Of a DNA stretch of 37,877 bases, positions 19,329-27,777 are shown piece after piece (positions within the stretch are counted from its first letter, which is position 1; every line of letters begins with the position of its first letter). The notes under the pieces were generated by a model. It saw only the letters and a program-made list of their open reading frames with translations. It ran no database searches and was not told where the DNA came from. The position numbers and the translations under genes were made by a program. The stretch lies in the sequence record SRR31156797_7382. One strand, given 5' to 3'.

Positions 19329-20639
19329 ATGAAAAAAATTAATCTAAAAAACCTATTATTTGGTGCAGTAGCTTTGTGCAGTGTAGGCTTGGTTGGGTGT
19401 GAAGATGATACTCCTGATTACAATGAATTTAATTACTACAAAACGTATCCTTTGAAAGAACTTAGTGCTGAAGCTAAAGCGGTAAGAGATTATGTGAAAA
19501 GTGATATTGTTATTGCACATAGAGGTTCAACGTTTTGGGCTCCTGAAGAAACCGAAGCGGCTTTCCGTTGGGCTAGAAATATGGGTGCTGATTACCTTGA
19601 GATTGATTTGCAAAGAACTAAAGATGGTGTATTATTAGCACTTCATGATAATAACTTGAGAAGAACATCTAATATTGAGAGTATGTTCCCAGGAAAAGAA
19701 GATTATCCTGTTAGTTATTTTACTTTAGCTGAATTGAGAAAGCTTGATGCTGGTGCTTGGTTTAATGTTGATGTGCCAGAGAACGCAAGAGAATCATTTG
19801 TTGGAGAGAAAATTTCTACTCTTGAAGAGGTGTTGAAAATTGCTGAAGGATATAGAATTCTTAGAGATGTAAATGGAGAGCCAGTTAAAGATATGACAAA
19901 ACTTACTGAAGCAGGTGAGTGGGCTGGATATTATGAATTTGAAGTTGATCCTCAGGATAATGGAAATCGTCCAGGTGTATACGCCGAGACAAAAGAACCA
20001 TATTTATTTTCTGGAATGGAAGCTGATTTGGCAACTTTCTTAACTGCTGAAGGATGGAATGTAACTTCTTCTCCAAAAGTTATTCCTACAATTGCAGGTA
20101 AAGTTGATGTAGCGAATACAAATGGTCGTTTTATTTTGCAATCATTCTCTAGACAATCAATTGTTAACCTTGAAAAGGAATTGCCAGGTGTGCCTAAGTG
20201 TATGTTGTTATGGGAAGATGAAAGTGCATCTTATGTAAGACCTTCTAATACAATTGAGTCTTTGGCTGAGTTTATCAATTTCTCTGTAGAATATAACTGT
20301 CATATTGCAGGTCCTTCAATCGAAGGTAAACCAAATGGTTACCCAGATCTTACTGAGCCTTGGATGTGTGAAATGTACCACAGAGCAGGAATGCTTGTAC
20401 ATGCTTATTCATTTGATACTGAAGATCAGTTAAGAAAGTATAATGGAGATTACTTTTATGGTGGTGTATCTCGTTTCGATGATCCTAATAGAACTGTACA
20501 AGGAAACTTTAATTATGATGTAAATCCAAATATGTTTATCGATGGTGGATTTACTAATCTTACAGACCTTTCTATGAATTACCAGAAGCGTGAAGTAGTT
20601 GGAACTGCTCAAGAAGTGTTGGACGCTTTAGGTTATTAA
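19329..20639 (+). CDS. glpQ: Glycerophosphodiester phosphodiesterase lipoprotein (GlpQ-like)
   Basis: Lipobox LVGC; IAHRG, E.D...TKDG....HD, QSF motifs; follows glpT. Confidence 0.88.
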   Translation: MKKINLKNLLFGAVALCSVGLVGCEDDTPDYNEFNYYKTYPLKELSAEAKAVRDYVKSDIVIAHRGSTFWAPEETEAAFRWARNMGADYLEIDLQRTKDGVLLALHDNNLRRTSNIESMFPGKEDYPVSYFTLAELRKLDAGAWFNVDVPENARESFVGEKISTLEEVLKIAEGYRILRDVNGEPVKDMTKLTEAGEWAGYYEFEVDPQDNGNRPGVYAETKEPYLFSGMEADLATFLTAEGWNVTSSPKVIPTIAGKVDVANTNGRFILQSFSRQSIVNLEKELPGVPKCMLLWEDESASYVRPSNTIESLAEFINFSVEYNCHIAGPSIEGKPNGYPDLTEPWMCEMYHRAGMLVHAYSFDTEDQLRKYNGDYFYGGVSRFDDPNRTVQGNFNYDVNPNMFIDGGFTNLTDLSMNYQKREVVGTAQEVLDALGY

Positions 20640-20675
20640 TCAATTTCTATTTACAAATTATTAAGCAAAAGTAAT

Positions 20676-22016
20676 ATGTTTAAAAAATTATATATAGCTG
20701 CCTTATTAACGGGAGTGCTAGCATCAGGGGCAAATGCTCAGGAAAATGAAATATCAGTTGAAAATCCAAATGGAGGAATTAAATTAACTTCTGCTGATAA
20801 AGAATATCAAGTAAGTATAAATGGTAGAATTTATATGGATGGTGTTCACTATTTTGATGATGTAACTGATTTAAGTTCGGATGTATCTGTTAGTGATATT
20901 CGCTTTGGAACAAGTGTGAGATGGGGAAAATGGAGTGCTAAGGTAAACGTTGGCTTTGGTAATGATGAGGTGAAAATTAAAGATGCATTCTTAAGATATC
21001 ACCATAAAAAGAATAGCACTTTTACTGTTGGTAATTTCTTTGAGCCATTTGGAATTGAGGCGGCAGAGTCAAGTAAAAACTTAAGATTTATTGGTTCCTC
21101 TAATACAACTCAATCAATGGGTATTGGTCGTGGAGTTGGTTTGGGATATACGTACTACACTCAAAAATTCTATGGTTCAACTGGTATTTTTGCAGGAACA
21201 GTTGATAATAATAGTAAAGGTGATCAAGGATTTTCTACTACTTCGAAAGTTGCATATACTCCGATTCAAAATGAAGATTTTGTATTCCAAGTTGGAGGAT
21301 CGTTTACTTACAGAAAGCCAGAAGCTAATGGTTTTAACGAAAGCTTCAACGATGATGATTACAATCGTGTAGTTGAATTCGCAGCGGGTCCTGAGCACAA
21401 ATTCTTAAACGCTACCATGAATGGTGCGCAGTCTGATATGAGGTTTAATTTCCAAACATTAGCATTAAAGGGTTCATTTATGTTGCAAGCAGAGTATACT
21501 CAAGCTAAAGTAACTCGTGATGATGATTATGTGTCAAAATTAATGAAAGATGGTCCATTGTATTACGTTACTTATGCATGGCCTGTAGCTCCTAAAGATT
21601 ATCCTGATTGGTATGGTGAGCTTCGTGATATAGAAACAAAAGCTTACTATGTACAAGCTGGATTTTTACTAGGCGATGATTATAAATATAACTCATCAAC
21701 TGCATATATTAAGAGACCTAAAGCTGGTGCTTTCGAATTTCTTGTACGTTACGATCATACAGATTTAAATGATGTTGATGGAACTTATTTTAATGGTAGC
21801 TATGGTCCTGCAGATTTAAATGCTGCGTTGGGTGGCGCTGGTAATATGAGTGTTCAAGGAGGAAAAGCTGATACCTATAGCTTAGCTGTAAATTACTATT
21901 TAAGCTCTAATGTAATGTTTCGTTTGAATTATGACTATATGGATGTTGATAATCAAAAATATCCTTTAGATAAGAATATCGGAGTATTAAAAGGACGAAT
22001 TCAAGTTAACTTTTAG
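20676..22016 (+). CDS. OprO/OprP-like (phosphate-selective) porin
   Basis: Signal peptide, GRIYMD, IKDAFL, G.F.EPFG.E, QAEY, terminal R.QVNF. Confidence 0.8.
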   Translation: MFKKLYIAALLTGVLASGANAQENEISVENPNGGIKLTSADKEYQVSINGRIYMDGVHYFDDVTDLSSDVSVSDIRFGTSVRWGKWSAKVNVGFGNDEVKIKDAFLRYHHKKNSTFTVGNFFEPFGIEAAESSKNLRFIGSSNTTQSMGIGRGVGLGYTYYTQKFYGSTGIFAGTVDNNSKGDQGFSTTSKVAYTPIQNEDFVFQVGGSFTYRKPEANGFNESFNDDDYNRVVEFAAGPEHKFLNATMNGAQSDMRFNFQTLALKGSFMLQAEYTQAKVTRDDDYVSKLMKDGPLYYVTYAWPVAPKDYPDWYGELRDIETKAYYVQAGFLLGDDYKYNSSTAYIKRPKAGAFEFLVRYDHTDLNDVDGTYFNGSYGPADLNAALGGAGNMSVQGGKADTYSLAVNYYLSSNVMFRLNYDYMDVDNQKYPLDKNIGVLKGRIQVNF

Positions 22017-22041
22017 TACCTTAATAAATAATGATATAATT

Positions 22042-22075
22042 GACTGGCTTGCCTAATTGGTGAGTCAGTTTTTTT
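22042..22075 (+). terminator. Terminator of glpT-glpQ-porin
   Basis: GACTGGCTTGCC-TAATT-GGTGAGTCAGTT followed by a T-run. Confidence 0.8.
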
Positions 22076-22243
22076 ATAATATTGCATCAAGAAGTTAAAT
22101 AAATACAAAATTAAATGATTTTAATTTACTCGATTATTATAAATTAAAATAGAAATTACTTTAGCTGTAAGTCAATAAATATTGGGAATCTGGAGTTTAT
22201 GGAGTTTTTAGACTAAATTAAAACAATACTTTTCTTTGCCTAG

Positions 22244-22277
22244 CACCTTGCATTACTAAGTAATTTATTTAGCTTTG
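22244..22277 (+). promoter_or_regulatory. glpD promoter with overlapping operator
   Basis: CACCTTGCATTACTAAGTA (22244-22262); TAGCTTTG -7 box at 22270-22277; aligns without gaps to the glpT promoter. Confidence 0.75.
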
Positions 22278-22331
22278 TATTGTTCGAGTTTATAATTAGA
22301 AATTGATTTATTCAAACTAGCTTATAAAACG

Positions 22332-22357
22332 ATTGGAAGAAAGCTTCCAATTTTTTT
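22332..22357 (+). terminator. Leader terminator upstream of glpD
   Basis: Perfect ATTGGAAG-AAAG-CTTCCAAT hairpin followed by a T-tract. Confidence 0.7.
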
Positions 22358-22365
22358 GATAGAAC

Positions 22366-22384
22366 TACATAGCAATACAAAGTG
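22366..22384 (-). promoter_or_regulatory. Downstream operator copy (inverted), glpD leader
   Basis: TACATAGCAATACAAAGTG; reverse complement CACTTTGTATTGCTATGTA is 17/19 identical to the glpT promoter site. Confidence 0.75.
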
Positions 22385-22413
22385 CTGTGTATTCACATTT
22401 ATTTTTTACTGCT

Positions 22414-22557
22414 ATGGAAGACATGAAATTTGATATGCAAATGGAAAATCGCCTTTATTCTTTTTTCTTAGACCTTTTGGCCGGACAAAATGATAAGCTT
22501 GTTCAAGAAGATGAACAAAATGGAAGTATCTGGAAATACTGGGAAGAGGAATTATAA
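22414..22557 (+). CDS. Unannotated 47-aa small protein MEDMKFDMQMENRLYSFFLDLLAGQNDKLVQEDEQNGSIWKYWEEEL
   Basis: Paralog of 17729..17875; shared RLYxFF and SIWxxWxxEL-stop. Confidence 0.8.
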   Translation: MEDMKFDMQMENRLYSFFLDLLAGQNDKLVQEDEQNGSIWKYWEEEL

Positions 22558-22596
22558 GCGATAATACAAACGTGGTTTATTACAAAGAGAAATAAG

Positions 22597-24144
22597 ATGT
22601 ATAGAGAGGTTGAAAGTGTAAAACAGAAATGGGATGTGATCATTGTAGGTGGTGGAGCGTCAGGCTTGGGAGCAGCTATTGAGTCGGTAACTCGTGGATA
22701 CAAAACACTACTTCTGGAGCAGGATGATTTTGCTAAAGGAACTTCGAGTAGAAGTACCAAGCTTGTTCATGGTGGCGTTCGTTATCTTGCTCAGGGAAAT
22801 ATATCATTGGTTTTGGAAGCTTTAAGAGAAAGAGGTTTGTTAAAGCAAAATGCACCTCACTTGGTAAAAGATCAATCATTTATTATTCCTAATTATACAT
22901 GGTGGGGAACACCTTACTATACTTTAGGTTTAACAATGTACGACCTAATGGCTGGGAAATTAGGTTACGGGCGATCATTGCCTTTCTCTAAAAAAAGAAC
23001 GCTAAAGCATATTCCTACACTAAAAAGCGAAAATCTTTGTGGTGGAGTTGTTTATCACGATGGACAATTTGATGATTCCAGATTGGCAATTAATATGTGT
23101 CAAACTTTTGTAGAAAATGGTGGAGTTGCTATCAACTACATGAAGGTTGAAGGATTTGAAAAGAAGAATGGAAAAATTTCAGCAGTGAAAGCTACTGATT
23201 TGGAGAGTGGAACAAAATATACGATAGAAGGTAAAGTAGTTTTGAATGCAACGGGAGTTTTTGTTGATAAAGTTATCAAAATGGACGAACCTAAAGCAAA
23301 AGACATCGTAAAGGTCAGTCAAGGTGTACATTTGGTTTTAGATAAGGAATTTGTGCCGGGAGATTATGCAGTGATGATTCCTAAAACCAGTGACGGTCGT
23401 GTTCTTTTTGCTGTGCCATGGCATAACAAAGTTGTTGTAGGAACCACCGATGTACACAAAGATTGTGCAGAACTAGAACCTAGAGCGTTGGAAGAGGAAG
23501 TTGATTTTATTTTAGAGACTGCGGGTAGATTCTTATCAAAACCTCCTAAAAGATCAGATGTAAGAAGCGTATTTGCTGGTTTAAGACCATTGGCAGCACC
23601 AAGTGGCGATGGTAAAAAAACAAAGGAAATATCTAGAGGACATAAGATAGTTGTTTCCGATTCGGGAATGGTAACCTTAACTGGTGGTAAATGGACTACT
23701 TACCGTCAAATGGCAGAAGATGTAATGAATACTGTTGCCAAAACAGCAGGATTACAAGAGAAGAAGTCACAAACAAGAAATCTAAAAATTCATGGATATA
23801 AGCTAAATCCAGATTTAAGCAATCCCATGTATTTCTATGGCTCCGATGAAGAGAAGATTTTAGATTTAGCTAAAAAAGAAGATGGTTTGGATGAGTATTT
23901 AAGCTCAAAGCTAAAAGTGCTGAATGCACAAGTGGTTTGGGGAGCTAGATATGAAATGGCCAGAACCGTTGAAGATATATTATCTAGAAGAACACGTTCA
24001 TTACTTCTTGATGCTAAGGAGAGTATAGAGATGGCTCCAAAGGTAGCGGAATTAATGGCTAAGGAATTAGGATACGATAAACAATGGGAAGAGAATCAAG
24101 TAAAGGAATACAAAAACTTGGCCTCTCGATACATTTTGATATAA
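22597..24144 (+). CDS. glpD: FAD-dependent glycerol-3-phosphate dehydrogenase/oxidase
   Basis: GGGASG, GTSSRSTKLVHGGVRYL, DGQFDDSRL, AGLRPL, GGKWTTYR.MAE. Confidence 0.95.
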   Translation: MYREVESVKQKWDVIIVGGGASGLGAAIESVTRGYKTLLLEQDDFAKGTSSRSTKLVHGGVRYLAQGNISLVLEALRERGLLKQNAPHLVKDQSFIIPNYTWWGTPYYTLGLTMYDLMAGKLGYGRSLPFSKKRTLKHIPTLKSENLCGGVVYHDGQFDDSRLAINMCQTFVENGGVAINYMKVEGFEKKNGKISAVKATDLESGTKYTIEGKVVLNATGVFVDKVIKMDEPKAKDIVKVSQGVHLVLDKEFVPGDYAVMIPKTSDGRVLFAVPWHNKVVVGTTDVHKDCAELEPRALEEEVDFILETAGRFLSKPPKRSDVRSVFAGLRPLAAPSGDGKKTKEISRGHKIVVSDSGMVTLTGGKWTTYRQMAEDVMNTVAKTAGLQEKKSQTRNLKIHGYKLNPDLSNPMYFYGSDEEKILDLAKKEDGLDEYLSSKLKVLNAQVVWGARYEMARTVEDILSRRTRSLLLDAKESIEMAPKVAELMAKELGYDKQWEENQVKEYKNLASRYILI

Positions 24145-24415
24145 GAGATTATTTGTAGGACGAATTGAGTAAAGAATTTATTAAAGGTAGTTCTTAGTCT
24201 GTTATTTATAACTACTGATTTTATTAATTGTTACAATATTATTAATCAATTTGTTAGTTTTGGCACGAAATTACTTTGCACAATCGTCCTACTTTTTGCT
24301 CCTGAAGGATAAGTGATCATGCAAATCACAGTCTTCATATACAACTAACCAAGAACTCTTGAAATAGGAGTTGGTAATTTTTAATCTTTACGATTAAAAA
24401 AATTTATCTCGCTTT

Positions 24416-24429
24416 TGCAATCGTTTACA
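24416..24429. promoter_or_regulatory. LacI/cre-like palindrome upstream of glpK
   Basis: TGCAATCGTTTACA fits TGnAAnCGnTTnCA. Confidence 0.45.
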
Positions 24430-24505
24430 ATTGGTAAATCTTAGCAAAAATGAGTTCGGAAAGAGAGTATTTTAATTAACACTATAACCCAAATTAATTA
24501 GAAGT

Positions 24506-26005
24506 ATGGAAGACAAGTTTATTTTAGCTTTAGACCAGGGAACTACAAGTTCCAGAGCAATCGTTTTCAATAAGAAGGGCGAGATGATAAGCACGGCGCA
24601 GAAAGAATTCACCCAAATTTTTCCACAGCCGGGCTGGGTAGAGCATGATGCAAACGAAATTTGGTTTACGCAAGCTGGAGTTGCTGCAGAAGCAATTACA
24701 CATGCAGGAGCTAATGGAAAGAGTATTGCGGGGATTGGTATCACTAACCAGAGAGAGACTACTGTTGTATGGGATCGTGAGACAAGTGAACCAATTTATA
24801 ATGCAATTGTGTGGCAGGATCGTCGTACGTCTAAGTATTGTGATGAGTTAAAGACTCAGGGACATGCTGATATGATTCAGGATAAAACAGGTTTAATTAT
24901 CGACTCGTATTTTTCTGGAACAAAAGTAAAGTGGATTCTTGATAATGTAGAAGGAGCTCGCGAAAAAGCAAAGGCAGGAAAATTGGCTTTTGGTACTATT
25001 GATAGCTGGCTAATCTGGAAATTAACTCAAGGTAAAGTGCATGTAACTGATGTTACTAATGCAAGTAGAACTTTACTTTATAACATCAAAACCTTAGAGT
25101 GGGATACTGAAATGTTAGAACTTCTTGATATTCCTGAAAGTATGTTACCAGAGGTTAAATCTTCTTCAGAAGTATACGGACATACTGTAACCACTTTATT
25201 TGCTCACGAGGTACCTATTGCTGGTATTGCAGGTGATCAGCAAGCAGCTACATTCGGTCAAATGTGTATTAAACCAGGATCGGTTAAAAATACTTACGGA
25301 ACAGGATGTTTCATGCTATGTAATACAGGTAATAAGCCAGTAAAATCGAACAACAATTTGTTAACAACTATTGGTTGGCAAATTAATGGCGAAACTACTT
25401 ACTGTCTTGAAGGAAGTATTTTCATGGGAGGCGCAATTGTACAGTGGTTACGCGATGGTTTAGGAATTATTAAATCATCTCCTGAGGTTGAAGAACTAGC
25501 AGGTTCGGTTGAAGATAACGGAGGTGTATTCCTGGTTCCTGCACTTACAGGTTTAGGAGCTCCACATTGGGATCAGTATGCAAGAGGAACAATTGTAGGA
25601 TTGACAAGAGGTGCAACTTCAGCACACATCGCAAGAGCAGCATTGGAAGGTATCGCATTCCAGACTATGGATGTATTGAAAGCAATGGAAGCAGATGCAG
25701 GAATTAAGATTAACGAACTTCGTGTTGATGGTGGTGCTGCAATTAATAACCTATTAATGCAATTCCAGTCGGATGTATTGGATGCTCCGGTTTACAGACC
25801 AAAAACTCTTGAAACAACTGCATTAGGTGCTGCATATTTAGCAGGTTTGGCAGTTGGATATTGGGATAGTATAGATGATATAAAGAGCCAGTGGGCAATG
25901 GATCGTAAGTTTGAGCCAGAAATGCCTAAAGAAAAATCTGAGAAATTGATTAAAGGTTGGGACAAAGCCCTAGGTCGTTCAAAAGATTGGGATACTGAAG
26001 CTTAA
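24506..26005 (+). CDS. glpK: Glycerol kinase
   Basis: All canonical motifs: [45 protein letters not shown]. Confidence 0.97.
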   Translation: MEDKFILALDQGTTSSRAIVFNKKGEMISTAQKEFTQIFPQPGWVEHDANEIWFTQAGVAAEAITHAGANGKSIAGIGITNQRETTVVWDRETSEPIYNAIVWQDRRTSKYCDELKTQGHADMIQDKTGLIIDSYFSGTKVKWILDNVEGAREKAKAGKLAFGTIDSWLIWKLTQGKVHVTDVTNASRTLLYNIKTLEWDTEMLELLDIPESMLPEVKSSSEVYGHTVTTLFAHEVPIAGIAGDQQAATFGQMCIKPGSVKNTYGTGCFMLCNTGNKPVKSNNNLLTTIGWQINGETTYCLEGSIFMGGAIVQWLRDGLGIIKSSPEVEELAGSVEDNGGVFLVPALTGLGAPHWDQYARGTIVGLTRGATSAHIARAALEGIAFQTMDVLKAMEADAGIKINELRVDGGAAINNLLMQFQSDVLDAPVYRPKTLETTALGAAYLAGLAVGYWDSIDDIKSQWAMDRKFEPEMPKEKSEKLIKGWDKALGRSKDWDTEA

Positions 26006-26033
26006 TTTTCAACATCTAATATATTTTTAAACC

Positions 26034-26084
26034 AATGCCGGAATATGGAGAAGAAGGAATGGATGAAGACAGAATTCCGGCATT
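26034..26084. repeat. 11-bp perfect inverted repeat between glpK and glpF
   Basis: AATGCCGGAAT ... ATTCCGGCATT around a 29-nt purine-rich loop. Confidence 0.8.
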
Positions 26085-26120
26085 CTTTTATTAACAATTA
26101 CTAAATAAAACCATATTATC

Positions 26121-26855
26121 ATGAGTGAATTTGTTGCAGAATTTATAGGAACCATGTTACTGATATTATTAGGTAACGGAGTAGTTGCAAATGTTGTATT
26201 GAATAAAACAAAAGGAAACAATAGCGGTTGGATCGTAATCACAATGGGGTGGGGATTGGCCGTATTTACAGGTGTTGCAGTTGCAGGTCCTGTTTCAGGA
26301 GCTCACATTAACCCTGCCGTAACTATTGGATTGGCATTAGCAGGTATGTTTGCCTGGTCAAAAGTAGGTCTTTTTATAGCGGCTCAAATGTTAGGAGCAG
26401 CTATGGGTGCATTCCTTGTTTGGTTAATGTATCGCGATCATTTTAATTCTACTGAAGATGGTGGAGCTAAATTGGCTTGTTTCTCTACAGGTCCAGCTAT
26501 CAGAAACATTGGAAGTAACGCAATTAGTGAGGTTATTGGTGCTTTTGTATTGATGTTCGTTATCTTTTATTTGGCTGGTCCTTCTCTTGAAGCTGCTGGA
26601 ATGGAAGGTGCTAAAATTGGATTAGGAACTTTAGGTGCTTTACCTGTTGCCTTATTGGTTGTTGCTATTGGTCTTTCGTTAGGCGGAACTACTGGATATG
26701 CAATTAATCCTGCTAGAGACTTAGGTCCAAGAATCATGCATGCTATTCTACCTATGCAAAATAAAGGTACAAGCGACTGGGCGTATTCATTGGTGCCTAT
26801 CGTTGCTCCAATTGTAGGAACTGCCATTGCAGCATTCTTATTTATGTATCTATAA
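26121..26855 (+). CDS. glpF: Glycerol uptake facilitator (aquaglyceroporin)
   Basis: SGAHINPAVT and GYAINPARDLGPR (NPA-R-D) motifs. Confidence 0.96.
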   Translation: MSEFVAEFIGTMLLILLGNGVVANVVLNKTKGNNSGWIVITMGWGLAVFTGVAVAGPVSGAHINPAVTIGLALAGMFAWSKVGLFIAAQMLGAAMGAFLVWLMYRDHFNSTEDGGAKLACFSTGPAIRNIGSNAISEVIGAFVLMFVIFYLAGPSLEAAGMEGAKIGLGTLGALPVALLVVAIGLSLGGTTGYAINPARDLGPRIMHAILPMQNKGTSDWAYSLVPIVAPIVGTAIAAFLFMYL

Positions 26856-26884
26856 ACTTATTGAACCACTACATTTTAAACATA

Positions 26885-26925
26885 CTGTAGAGATTTAGTA
26901 GATTAAATCTCCTGGATCTCTACAG
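26885..26925. repeat. Long intercistronic hairpin after glpF
   Basis: CTGTAGAGATTTAG...CTGGATCTCTACAG with inner AGATT/AATCT; no T-tract after it. Confidence 0.75.
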
Positions 26926-26943
26926 CCCAAAAATTTGAATCTA

Positions 26944-27666
26944 ATGAAAAAATCAGTCCTAAAAATATCGTTATTATTTGCATTGATAATCATATTTGCA
27001 TCAAATATGAATGTAAATGCACAAGGAAAAGTAACAGTTAGTCCATCGGTAACTACTCGTCATTATTGGAGGGGTATTATGGTAAGTAATACAGCTAATT
27101 TTGAAATGGATTTAGCTTACACTAACAATAATTTTACATTCGGAGCCTGGGGTGGATATGCATTTGACAACACCTACTCAGAGTTCGATTTCCATGTAGG
27201 ATATAAGTTTAGTGATCATTTTAATGTTGCAGTTTGGGATTTATTTGCAAATCGCGACAGAGCTTCTATTGACGATTACAACTATCTTGATTTAGACAGA
27301 AGTACAACAAATCACTTGATAGATGCGAGTTTAAATTTTTACGTTAATGAGAAATTTCCATTAAGTGTTTGTGTAAGTACTATGCTTTACGGACGCGATT
27401 TGGATGAGAATGGTGATCAAAACTATTCAACTTACGTGGAATTTGGATATCCTGTTAAAATAGGTGGAGAAACAGTTTCTCTATTTGCAGGTTTAAATGC
27501 TTTCGAAGATCAAGTATATGGAGAGAGCTTTGGTTTTGTAAATATTGGAGCTACTGCTACAAGAGAAATCAAGATTAATGATAACTTTTCTTTAAATGCA
27601 TGGGCTAAGATTGGTATTAACCCACAGGCAGAAACTGCTAACCTAATTTTGGGTATTGGTTTCTAA
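26944..27666 (+). CDS. Outer-membrane beta-barrel protein (TorF-like putative porin)
   Basis: Signal peptide, Y.WRG, G.WG, E.D..VGY, STYVE.GY, terminal Phe. Confidence 0.7.
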   Translation: MKKSVLKISLLFALIIIFASNMNVNAQGKVTVSPSVTTRHYWRGIMVSNTANFEMDLAYTNNNFTFGAWGGYAFDNTYSEFDFHVGYKFSDHFNVAVWDLFANRDRASIDDYNYLDLDRSTTNHLIDASLNFYVNEKFPLSVCVSTMLYGRDLDENGDQNYSTYVEFGYPVKIGGETVSLFAGLNAFEDQVYGESFGFVNIGATATREIKINDNFSLNAWAKIGINPQAETANLILGIGF

Positions 27667-27726
27667 AATTTGTATAAAACATCAAATTAATACTGAACAT
27701 CGAGTTCAATTATTAGGGATTAAAAC

Positions 27727-27761
27727 AAAACTCGCTTTCCAATTTGGAAAGCGAGTTTTTT
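27727..27761. terminator. Bidirectional terminator
   Basis: AAAACTCGCTTTCCA / TGGAAAGCGAGTTTT between convergent genes. Confidence 0.88.
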
Positions 27762-27777
27762 GTTGAAAATTAATTGT

